Below the pieces are notes generated by a model. It did no database searches. It was not told the DNA's origin and saw only the letters and a list, made by a program, of their open reading frames with translations. A stretch of DNA of 64,000 nucleotides from Clostridiales bacterium (GTDB taxonomy: Bacteria; Bacillota; Clostridia; Christensenellales; Aristaeellaceae): positions 16,176-80,175 of the forward strand of contig JAHZHX010000001.1 in NCBI GenBank assembly GCA_019420065.1, written 5' to 3'. Positions within the stretch are counted from its first letter, which is position 1, and each line of letters starts with the position of its first letter. The translations under genes were made by a program, and so were the position numbers. This document shows positions 8,881 through 16,738 of the stretch, piece by piece.

Positions 8881-9560
8881 GGGGTATCTCCTTTCAGGTA
8901 CTCGTCCATGGCAATGGAACGCAGCGTACCGATGTATTCTTCCAGCGGAATATCCATTTCATAAAGGATTTGAGCATGCTCTTTTCCGACATAGCGAATA
9001 TGCCATGGTTCATAGGCATAACCGGTAATGTCGGTCCATTCCGCTTTGTAACGGATGATAAAGCCGAAACGGTATGCGTTTTCTGCCAGCCAGATCCCTT
9101 CCTTGGAGCGTCCAAACGCGGCGGAAAGACTGCCGTTTTTGCTGTTTTTCACATCCATGGCCAGCCCCAGCTGATGCTCGCTGGCGCCGGGATCGGCTAC
9201 GAGCAGGCGCGCTTCGGCCAAATTTTTGCTGTTTTTAATTTTGCGCTGATAGATCATGTCCTGCGTATCATAGCTGCGATAGCCGGAGTGTGCATAGAGG
9301 GTATAGCCTGCCTCCTCCTTGGCGGCGGCAAACAGCGCCTCAAGCGCTTCGGCGGCTTCGGCCCGCATCAGAATCGCGCTGCTGGTGTGGGCAACGTTGG
9401 GCTGAACCAGGTCGTCCGGCTCGTAATCCGGACTGAGCATATAGCCGCGGTTGACCAGCATGAGATTTCCGCCAAGCGACATCGCGCCCGTAAGCGTTTC
9501 GCAGCCCAGGGACAGCACGGAGAGAAATGTCATGAATAGCGCGGCAAGCTGGTGCGGCAT
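8877..9560 (-). CDS. M15B (VanY-type) zinc D-Ala-D-Ala carboxypeptidase, paralog 1
   Basis: Hydrophobic N-terminus. Motifs SGYRSYDTQ, SEHQLGLAMD and EPWHIRYVG. It starts 2 nt after the hflX stop. Confidence 0.85.
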   Translation of the reverse strand: MPHQLAALFMTFLSVLSLGCETLTGAMSLGGNLMLVNRGYMLSPDYEPDDLVQPNVAHTSSAILMRAEAAEALEALFAAAKEEAGYTLYAHSGYRSYDTQDMIYQRKIKNSKNLAEARLLVADPGASEHQLGLAMDVKNSKNGSLSAAFGRSKEGIWLAENAYRFGFIIRYKAEWTDITGYAYEPWHIRYVGKEHAQILYEMDIPLEEYIGTLRSIAMDEYLKGDTP

Positions 9561-9562
9561 AA

Positions 9563-11353
9563 TTATTCCCTCTGCAATACAGCCGGATAGCGGGCCAGCA
9601 GACGGCCGTATGCGGCGTCATCAAGCATGGCAACGATCTGCGTGCCGTTTTCCAGGTACTCTTCGCTGACGATCCGCCCCATGGCGCGAATATCGGCGAT
9701 TATGGCGTACTGATCGAAGGGCACAAGCAGCGATACCTTGCGCTCCCTGCTGCGCAGAACGCCTGCGATAGCCTGCGTGAGCTGGTCCAGGCCCTCTCCC
9801 GTTTGCGCGGAAATCCGGATAGCACGGGGCAGGGCGGAAAATTCTTCGTTCGGAGCGATATCGCACTTGTTAAGCACATCAATGCGCGGCTGTCCGACGG
9901 CGCCGAGCTTGGATAACACCTCTTCTACTGTCCTGCGCTGCGAAAGCATGTCCGGCGAGGAAGCGTCGGATACGATGACGAGCACGTCTGCCAGCGCGGC
10001 TTCCTCCAGGGTGGAGTGGAAGGCTTCGATCAGCTCGGTCGGCAGCTTGCGGATGAAGCCAACGGTATCGACCAGCAGGAAGGAGCCGCCGTCGGGCAAC
10101 GCAACATTGCGCGATACCGCGTCCAGCGTGGCAAAAAGCCTATCCTTTACATAGACGTTTGAACCGGTCATTTTGTTCAGCAAAGTTGATTTTCCCGTGT
10201 TGGTATATCCCACCAGAGCGACCACGGGGACGGCGTTGCGTTCGCGGGCGCGGCGGCGCAGAGCACGCTGGGCTTCCAACTCGTCCAGCTCGCGCCGCAG
10301 CTGGGTAATGCGTTCGCGTATACGGCGGCGGTCGATTTCCAGCTTGCTTTCACCCGGGCCGCGCGTGCCGATACCGCCGGCCAGACGGGACAGCACAAGG
10401 CCCTGACCGATCAAACGGCTGGATTGATAGCGCAGCTGCGCCAGGGCAACCTGCAAGCGCCCCTCAGCCGTGCGGGCGCGTTGGGCAAAAATATCAAGGA
10501 TCAGCGTGGTGCGGTCAACCACCTTCACATGCAGCAGATCCTCAAGGTTGTGCGTCTGCGCGCCGGTCAGCTCGTCGTCCACGATCACAACGTCGGCTTC
10601 CAATGCCTGCGCATCCAGACTCAGTTCGCTGGCCTTGCCGGAGCCGACGTAGGTTGCGGTATCAGGACGCGATTTGCGTTGAAGCGAACGGCCAATGATT
10701 ACAGCGCCTGCGCTTTCGGCCAGCGCTGCCAGCTCATTCAGCGATTCCTCGCTGTCAATGCCCACCAGCAGGGCGCGCTCGGGCGCGTCGGAGTCCTGCT
10801 TGTCCTCGCCCTGCATGACGCGTTCCTCGGAAAGCCGGATCTCCTCCATCCATTTGCCTTGCGGCAGGCGGCTCAGAGGAAGGATGGGCGTACAGGCAGG
10901 CTGCGGTTCGCCGTTGACCTTCTCGTGCAGGAACGCGGCCTGAACGCCGGTAATATTTCCCTGCATGTCAACGCCCAGGGCGCACATGCTGTCAAGCCAG
11001 AGCGATTTGAGCGCGGTAATGTCCACGTCGGACAGCTCTGCCGCGCCGCGGGGATGCGTATGCACGCAACGCACGCGGGAAAGCCGGCAGGTGCTGCGGC
11101 GCAGGCGGATATCGCTTAACGGAACGCTGGAAATATCGCCCACCGTAATGTCGAGCACCTCGCCGTCGCGGCTGATATAGAGGGAAATCTCGCGGTTAAA
11201 GGTACACGAATACCTGCCCATGAGCTTTGCCAGCTCTTGGGGCAGGTATTCGTCACTGTCGATCGGATATTCATATAGCGTTTGCAATTCGGCAAGGAGA
11301 CTTTTTCGAATTCCTTCCAGATTGCCGTGGATATCAGGCATAAAGTCCTCCAA
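9563..11353 (-). CDS. hflX: GTPase HflX, long form with N-terminal extension
   Basis: HflX N-domain (VGSGKASEL...DDELTGAQTHNLE), coiled linker (LAQLRYQSSRL...GESKLEIDRR), G1 GYTNTGKST, G3 DTVGF, G4 NKCD. An extra ~145 aa at the N-terminus contains HTHPRGAAELSDVD. Confidence 0.9.
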   Translation of the reverse strand: MEDFMPDIHGNLEGIRKSLLAELQTLYEYPIDSDEYLPQELAKLMGRYSCTFNREISLYISRDGEVLDITVGDISSVPLSDIRLRRSTCRLSRVRCVHTHPRGAAELSDVDITALKSLWLDSMCALGVDMQGNITGVQAAFLHEKVNGEPQPACTPILPLSRLPQGKWMEEIRLSEERVMQGEDKQDSDAPERALLVGIDSEESLNELAALAESAGAVIIGRSLQRKSRPDTATYVGSGKASELSLDAQALEADVVIVDDELTGAQTHNLEDLLHVKVVDRTTLILDIFAQRARTAEGRLQVALAQLRYQSSRLIGQGLVLSRLAGGIGTRGPGESKLEIDRRRIRERITQLRRELDELEAQRALRRRARERNAVPVVALVGYTNTGKSTLLNKMTGSNVYVKDRLFATLDAVSRNVALPDGGSFLLVDTVGFIRKLPTELIEAFHSTLEEAALADVLVIVSDASSPDMLSQRRTVEEVLSKLGAVGQPRIDVLNKCDIAPNEEFSALPRAIRISAQTGEGLDQLTQAIAGVLRSRERKVSLLVPFDQYAIIADIRAMGRIVSEEYLENGTQIVAMLDDAAYGRLLARYPAVLQRE

Positions 11354-11369
11354 TCGTTGGGAAAGTCAA

Positions 11370-11753
11370 TCAGATAACGGCCTCGGGATGCTTTTTCATA
11401 TAATCCTCGACGGCGGCCTTCACGGCCTCTTCCGCCAGAAGCGAGCAGTGCATTTTGACCGGCGGCAGGCCGTCGAGCGCTTCCGCTACGGCGGCATTGG
11501 TCAGCGCCAGCGCTTCCTTGAGCGTTTTGCCCTTGACCATTTCGGTCGCCATGGAGCTGGTGGCAATGGCAGCGCCGCAGCCAAAGGTTTTGAACTTTAC
11601 GTCAGTAATAACGCCGTTATCATCTACCTTCAGATACATACGCATGATGTCGCCGCATTTTGCGTTGCCGACTGTGCCCACGCCGTCGGCGTCAGCGATT
11701 TCGCCCACATTGCGCGGATTGCTGAAATGATCGATCACTTTATCGGAATACAT
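11370..11753 (-). CDS. nifU: Fe-S cluster assembly scaffold (NifU/IscU-type)
   Basis: MYSDKVIDHFSNPRNVGEI...GNAKCGDIMRMYLKV...FKTFGCGAAIATSS...HCS carries the three conserved Cys of IscU-type scaffolds. Confidence 0.9.
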   Translation of the reverse strand: MYSDKVIDHFSNPRNVGEIADADGVGTVGNAKCGDIMRMYLKVDDNGVITDVKFKTFGCGAAIATSSMATEMVKGKTLKEALALTNAAVAEALDGLPPVKMHCSLLAEEAVKAAVEDYMKKHPEAVI

Positions 11754-12928
11754 GCTTTTTGTTCCTCCATAAAATCGTTGTACAGCGGGGACATATCCCG
11801 CAGCGTGCTGATGATGCCGGGCAGGATGGAAAGGACATGATCGACTTCTTCCTGCGTGGTAGTATCGGACAGGGACAGGCGCAGGCTGCCGTGCGCGATT
11901 TCGTGCGGCAGGCCGATGGCAAGCAGCACGTGCGACGGGTCAAGTGAGCCGCTGGTGCAGGCAGAGCCGCTGGAGGCGGCCACGCCGGCCAGATCCAGGC
12001 GCAGAAGCAGCGCTTCGCCTTCGATAAATCGCACGGATACATTCACGTTGCCGGGCAGTCGCTGCGTGCGGTGCCCGTTGAGGCGAACGTAGGGGATTTG
12101 AGTCAGCGCATCGATCATTTGATCGCGCAGCGCCGTGATGCGGGCATTTTTTTCCGCCATATTGGCTGTGGCCAGCGTGATGGCTTCGCCCAGGGCGACG
12201 ATACCGGCGACGTTTTCGGTGGAGGGGCGGCGGCCGCGTTCCTGCGCGCCGCCATGCAGCAGGTTTTCAATGCGCGTCCCCTGCCGGATATACAGCGCGC
12301 CTACGCCCTTGGGGCCGTGGAACTTGTGCGCGGAGAGCGAAAGCATATCGCAGCCGATTTCCTGCACGTCAACGGGAATCGCGCCGATGGCTTGTACCGC
12401 GTCGGTGTGGAAAAGCACGCTGCGCGCATGCGCGATGCGGGCAATCTCGGCAATGGGCTCAAGGGTGCCAATCTCGTTGTTGGCGGCCATGATGCTGATC
12501 AGAATGGTCCTATCGGTAATTGCGGCTTCTACGCTGGCCGGGGAGACCCTGCCATCCGCATCAACCGGCAAATAGGTAATTTCAAACCCCTGTTTTTCCA
12601 GCCATTCGCAGGTATGGAGCACGGCGTGATGCTCAATGGCTGAAGTAATGATGTGGTTGCCTTTTTTGCGGTTGGCAAACGCCGTGCCTTTGATGGCCCA
12701 GTTGTCGCTTTCGCTGCCGCCTGAGGTAAAGTAGATTTCCTGCGGCTTGCAGTTAAGGGCTGAGGCGACCTGCCGGCGGGCTTCCTCCACCGCCTTTCGC
12801 GCCTCGCGGCCGGTCTGATAAACGCTGCTGGCATTTCCATAGCAATCAGTAAAATAGGGCAGCATTTTTTCAAGCACCGCCGGACTGACAGCAGTGGTCG
12901 CGGCGTTATCCATGTAAATGCGGTTCAA
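11735..12928 (-). CDS. nifS: Cysteine desulfurase NifS
   Basis: Class V aminotransferase pattern with PLP lysine context SLSAHKFHGPKG and active-site SSGSACTSG. Overlaps the nifU start by 19 nt. Confidence 0.9.
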   Translation of the reverse strand: MNRIYMDNAATTAVSPAVLEKMLPYFTDCYGNASSVYQTGREARKAVEEARRQVASALNCKPQEIYFTSGGSESDNWAIKGTAFANRKKGNHIITSAIEHHAVLHTCEWLEKQGFEITYLPVDADGRVSPASVEAAITDRTILISIMAANNEIGTLEPIAEIARIAHARSVLFHTDAVQAIGAIPVDVQEIGCDMLSLSAHKFHGPKGVGALYIRQGTRIENLLHGGAQERGRRPSTENVAGIVALGEAITLATANMAEKNARITALRDQMIDALTQIPYVRLNGHRTQRLPGNVNVSVRFIEGEALLLRLDLAGVAASSGSACTSGSLDPSHVLLAIGLPHEIAHGSLRLSLSDTTTQEEVDHVLSILPGIISTLRDMSPLYNDFMEEQKACIPIK

Positions 12929-13344
12929 GATTCATCGATCTCCTTTGACTCAAGCATTTTTTCCAGAGAGATACTGTAAAGCAGCTGGTTGATGCGGTCG
13001 GTCAGGTATTCCCAGACGCGCTTGGTGGGGCATCCTTCGCTGCGCGGGCAGAGATGGTCGCCTTCGCTTGCGCATTCGGAAAGGTTCAGCGGCCCTTCCA
13101 TAGCGTCGATGATATGGCCCACGGTGATCTCGCTCGGCGCTTTGGCCAGCTGATAGCCGCCCTGCGCGCCGCGCACGGCTGTTACCAGACCGGCTTTTTT
13201 CAGGCTTCCCAAAAGCTGCTCCAGATATTGCTCTGGCAATCCGGAACGCGCAATTTCGCGCAGCGGCTGCGGGCCGTCATTTTTCTTTTGCGCCAGATAA
13301 ACCATAGCGTACAAGCCATATTTTCCGCGTGTTGAGAGCTTCAA
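12925..13344 (-). CDS. Rrf2 family transcriptional regulator (IscR/CymR-like)
   Basis: MKLSTRGKYGLYAMVYLA...PLREIARSGLPEQYLEQLLGSLKKAGLVTAVRGAQGGYQLA is the Rrf2 wHTH. C-terminal Cys residues (CASEGDHLCPRSEGC) suggest a cluster ligand set. TTG start with a GGGAGGGA RBS. Confidence 0.85.
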   Translation of the reverse strand: MKLSTRGKYGLYAMVYLAQKKNDGPQPLREIARSGLPEQYLEQLLGSLKKAGLVTAVRGAQGGYQLAKAPSEITVGHIIDAMEGPLNLSECASEGDHLCPRSEGCPTKRVWEYLTDRINQLLYSISLEKMLESKEIDES

Positions 13345-13361
13345 AAATCATTCCCTCCCGC

Positions 13362-13422
13362 AATTCCGACTGATTCAATCGGGATTCGCATAAAGAATAT
13401 CACGTTCCATGGTAAATGTCAA
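13362..13422 (-). promoter_or_regulatory. Promoter of the Rrf2-nifS-nifU operon with an overlapping Rrf2-type operator
   Basis: On the minus strand: TTGACA (13417-13422), 17 nt, TATTCT (13394-13399). Immediately downstream is the imperfect palindrome AATCCCGATTGAATCAGTCGGAATT (13362-13386), which resembles IscR type-1 sites (ATASYYGACTRWWWYAGTCRRSTAT). Confidence 0.4.
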
Positions 13423-13481
13423 CATACGGCGGGACGAAATATGTAAAAAAGTGTACGGTCGGTTGTTTGGACGCAGCGAGA

Positions 13482-13862
13482 CTATCTCCAGTCAACGGCA
13501 TAATCATTTTCGGCAAAAGAGAAAGCGGACAGTGCATCCCCAAAACCGGAATCGGTAAGAAAAGTATGAAAGACGATGAATTCCTGAAAAGCTTCGGATG
13601 GGAGCGGCGCGGTCTGGAGGGAAAATGGTTTGCCGCGCTCGTCACGGCAGGAAAGATGAAGCGTAATTGCTTGCGCGGAAGCAAGACGGTTTAGCATGCT
13701 GCGGCCATGCGGTCCAAGCTCGCAAAAAAAGTAGGCGCTTTCCTCGCGGGCGTATAGATTGGCTGCGGTATAGACATGATCATCAATGAATATTTGAAGG
13801 CTGGCAACCTCAAAGGGAGCAGCGCCAGCCTCGGCGGCAAAAACGCGCATTTCCGGCGCCAT
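13482..13862 (-). CDS. Hypothetical protein (possibly the 3' part of a frameshifted longer gene)
   Basis: The 126-aa ORF has protein-like composition. An upstream ORF in the adjacent frame (13691-14044) has a plausible TM-like N-terminus for its first ~50 codons, then degenerates into R/P/L-rich sequence. Confidence 0.5.
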   Translation of the reverse strand: MAPEMRVFAAEAGAAPFEVASLQIFIDDHVYTAANLYAREESAYFFCELGPHGRSMLNRLASAQAITLHLSCRDERGKPFSLQTAPLPSEAFQEFIVFHTFLTDSGFGDALSAFSFAENDYAVDWR

Positions 13863-14094
13863 GGGCGGGCGATCCGCAATTCGTTCTGCGTGCTGCCCCA
13901 GAAAGCGTTAATGGATTTTTGCCCGGTGAATGCGCCATCGGACAAATGAGCAGAAAAACAAAGTATAATCCCAACAAACGTTTCATAAAAACCTCCGGCA
14001 GTCATATTCAAATGAATGATATACCGAATTGGTATATATGTCAAGCGAAAATGCCAATATCATTACAATAGAAAAAATGATAGGGGGAAAGGCT

Positions 14095-14313
14095 GTGCTC
14101 ATTCGACGTTTGCGGGAACTTCGTGAGGATCATGATATGCGCCAGCAGGATGTGGCGGACTATTTGCACTGCACGCAGGTTTGCTATTCCCGTTATGAAA
14201 ACGGCGAGCGGGAGCTGCCGATTGAGTACCTGATTAAGCTGGCGGAATTGTATCGCGTTTCTGTAGATTATATTTTGGATATTGAGCAAAAAACGCGCCC
14301 ACCCAGAAGGTGA
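14095..14313 (+). CDS. XRE-family helix-turn-helix transcriptional regulator (small, ~72 aa)
   Basis: LIRRLRELREDHDMRQQDVADYLHCTQVCYSRYENGERELPIEYLIKLAELYRVSVDYIL is a classic Cro/C1 HTH. GTG at 14095 has a GGGGGA RBS 6 nt upstream; alternative ATG starts are at 14077 and 14029. Confidence 0.75.
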   Translation: MLIRRLRELREDHDMRQQDVADYLHCTQVCYSRYENGERELPIEYLIKLAELYRVSVDYILDIEQKTRPPRR

Positions 14314-14321
14314 GCGTGTTT

Positions 14322-15287
14322 TTATTCCTGTGCGGCTAAATGAGAGAATTCATGCAGCAAATCATATACTGCGTCCAAGCTGTCCAGCGCCGTGATTTTG
14401 GTGCGCAGCTTGGCGGCGCCGCGCTTGCCGTGGATATACCAGCACATATGCTTACGCATTTCCAGCACGGCGGAGCGCTCTCCCTTCCAGGCACGCATCA
14501 TTTCTGCATGGCGGATGGCGGTACGGATGACGGTATCAATATCGGGAAAAGCGGGTTCATACCCATCCAGGGCTGCCCGAATTTGCGCAAAAATGAAGGG
14601 ATTGCCCAGCGCGCCGCGGCCAATAGCCACCCCGGCGCAACCGGTTTGCGATAATGCCTGGAGCGCGGTTTCGGCTGAAACAATATCGCCGTTTGCCAGT
14701 ACCGGAATATGGACTGCCTCGCGCACGCGGGCGATTGCCTCCCAATCCGCATGACCGGAATATTGCTGCATGCGCGTGCGGCCATGAACGGTCAGCATGG
14801 AAACGCCGCATTCCTGCGCAAGCTGGGCGAGTTCGACGGCGCAAATCGATGCGCTGTCCCATCCCAAACGGATTTTGATGGTCAGCGGCAAAGCGGTGGC
14901 GCGGCGCACGGCGGTCATGATTTCGCGGCAGAGGGAGAGATCTTTCATCAATGCGCTGCCGGAACCTGAGGATACGACCTTTTGCGCCGGGCAGCCCATA
15001 TTGATATCGATGGCGCTGAAGCGGCCGCTTTCTGCCAGCTGCGCGGCAGCCTGCGCCATCAGATCGGGGCGGCGGCCAAAAATCTGTACGGCTGGCTTGG
15101 GTTCGCGCGGATCAACGGCCAGCAGATGCTGGTAGACATAAAGCGAGCTTGGAGCGGTCAAGAAGCCCATGGCGCTGACCATCTCGGTGGTCGTATAGCT
15201 GCAGCCCTGCTCGCGGCAAAGGGTGCGCATAGGCCAGTCGGTAATGCCTGCCATTGGCGCCAAGGCTAAAATGGGAGTGTTATTCAT
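14322..15287 (-). CDS. dusB: tRNA-dihydrouridine synthase
   Basis: LAPMAGITDWPMRTLCRE...QIFG...IDINMGCP...KIRLGWD...VHGRT...NGDI is the Dus TIM-barrel signature with the catalytic Cys in MGCP. Confidence 0.9.
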   Translation of the reverse strand: MNNTPILALAPMAGITDWPMRTLCREQGCSYTTTEMVSAMGFLTAPSSLYVYQHLLAVDPREPKPAVQIFGRRPDLMAQAAAQLAESGRFSAIDINMGCPAQKVVSSGSGSALMKDLSLCREIMTAVRRATALPLTIKIRLGWDSASICAVELAQLAQECGVSMLTVHGRTRMQQYSGHADWEAIARVREAVHIPVLANGDIVSAETALQALSQTGCAGVAIGRGALGNPFIFAQIRAALDGYEPAFPDIDTVIRTAIRHAEMMRAWKGERSAVLEMRKHMCWYIHGKRGAAKLRTKITALDSLDAVYDLLHEFSHLAAQE

Positions 15288-15783
15288 TGCTTAACAATTC
15301 CGTTGTAATAATATTTCTTATTTTCCAGTTGCCGCTTTCCCGTGCCAGGATGACAGTATATTTGGCGCTTTGCCATGCGGGAACGCCAGAGGCGGCGGAG
15401 GTTTTGCCGTCAATGGCGGGAATGCGTTCAATGATTGTGGCGTTGGCGGTAGTATCCCAGGGCCAGCACCAGACACGGCTGAGCGTGATGCGATGATCGA
15501 AGCCGGTAATGTTGCAATTTTCATAAGCGCCGTAACCGTTGAGCGCATTTTGCACCAGCGCGTCGCGCTCGATCCAGGCAGGAGAAAAATAGCTGTCGAG
15601 AGAGGAGACGGGCTCATTCATCATAACGACCTGCGCCCGGCGGGCCATACCATCCTTAATGATAATATAGATATTGGTAGCGTTCATGGCATAATAAAAT
15701 GTAACCGTCAGAATCCCCAACAGAATAAGTACAATAAACAAACGCGAGGCAATAAACCAGACAAGGCGGCGCAGATAGCGCAT
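15280..15783 (-). CDS. Hypothetical single-pass membrane protein
   Basis: MRYLRRLVWFIASRLFIVLILLGILTVTFYY is a TM anchor, followed by a ~130-aa soluble domain. AAAGGAGGTG RBS lies 6 nt before the ATG at 15783. The stop overlaps the dusB start by 8 nt. Confidence 0.65.
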   Translation of the reverse strand: MRYLRRLVWFIASRLFIVLILLGILTVTFYYAMNATNIYIIIKDGMARRAQVVMMNEPVSSLDSYFSPAWIERDALVQNALNGYGAYENCNITGFDHRITLSRVWCWPWDTTANATIIERIPAIDGKTSAASGVPAWQSAKYTVILARESGNWKIRNIITTELLSNE

Positions 15784-15865
15784 CGTCCCACCTCCTTTCA
15801 CTGGCTGCTATTATACAGGAAAACACGTGAAAAAACAAGGCGTGGCAAAGTATACCGAACGGCGG

Positions 15866-16738
15866 TCATTCCCATTCATGCTGCGTTGGGCCAATGCCCT
15901 GGAAGGTATCGGCTGCTGCGGTGCATACGACGCCTTCTTCTGCGAAATTGAGGAGAATCAGCCAGCTGCCGTCCGCGGTCTTGCCGATGAGCCATGGCGC
16001 ATGCTCCGACGAATCCAGCCGGAGCACGCGGCCGTCAGCCACCGCGGCTACTTTGTGGATTTCCTCCTCGTCGCTGTAAAATGGCTCATATGACGGGAAA
16101 GAGCAAAGCGTCTTGTCCGTGCCCGCGCCAAAGGCGAGATCTGCGGCTTTGGCCCAAACGGTTAAGCCGCTCTGCACGCTGCCGATACGGAACTGAACCC
16201 ATTCCTCGTCGCGGGACAGCAGCGTTCCCGGAACCCGCGCGTAGCAACGGGCCAGTTCTTCGCCTTCCGGCGCTGCATAGATAGGAACATCGTCCTGCGC
16301 TGTGCACACGCACAGGGAGGTATCAAGCGCCGCAGCCATTTCCTGCATGCAGGAGGGAATGCTGGAAAGATCCAATACGCTCAAAGTGGTGGCAAACGTT
16401 GGACGGCCGTAGAGAATAGCGTCATTATTCTGGTCAGAAATGAGGGCTGCGGTCTCTTGGATGGAATCCTCGCCCAGCCAGATGATTTCACCGCCATTGT
16501 TTATGCCCGATAAGCGCCATGTGCCGTCGTCCGAACGGGTAATGTATCCTTCCATTTCATTCGCGTAGTATATTTCAATGCCTTCATTCCACGAATGAAT
16601 TTGATTGAATTGCAGCAAAGCTTGCGGGGGAGAGGCGGTGGTGTGCGTGTATTGTGTCCCGTCCCATTCCGCGATTTTTAATCGATAGGTGCCGGAAGCT
16701 GTTTCAGTGACGGCGATCAGGTTCTTTGAACAAGCCAT
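15866..16738 (-). CDS. Hypothetical protein (290 aa, no signal peptide)
   Basis: Long ORF with protein-like composition. Its ATG overlaps the TAA of the upstream ORF (TAATG), which implies translational coupling. I recognise no family. Confidence 0.6.
   Translation of the reverse strand: MACSKNLIAVTETASGTYRLKIAEWDGTQYTHTTASPPQALLQFNQIHSWNEGIEIYYANEMEGYITRSDDGTWRLSGINNGGEIIWLGEDSIQETAALISDQNNDAILYGRPTFATTLSVLDLSSIPSCMQEMAAALDTSLCVCTAQDDVPIYAAPEGEELARCYARVPGTLLSRDEEWVQFRIGSVQSGLTVWAKAADLAFGAGTDKTLCSFPSYEPFYSDEEEIHKVAAVADGRVLRLDSSEHAPWLIGKTADGSWLILLNFAEEGVVCTAAADTFQGIGPTQHEWE

Noticed and set aside
7118-9560. Vancomycin-resistance (van) operon, given three VanY-type genes plus a VanW gene at 46050-47546.
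   Set aside because: There is no vanH, D-Ala-D-Lac/Ser ligase, vanX or vanRS anywhere nearby. VanW is 36 kb away in a housekeeping context. VanY-fold M15B peptidases are common housekeeping or sporulation enzymes.
14288-14325. Possible bidirectional terminator between the convergent XRE gene and dusB.
   Set aside because: Only about 4 G-C/C-G pairs plus A-T pairs with a bulge can form. That is too weak to call.
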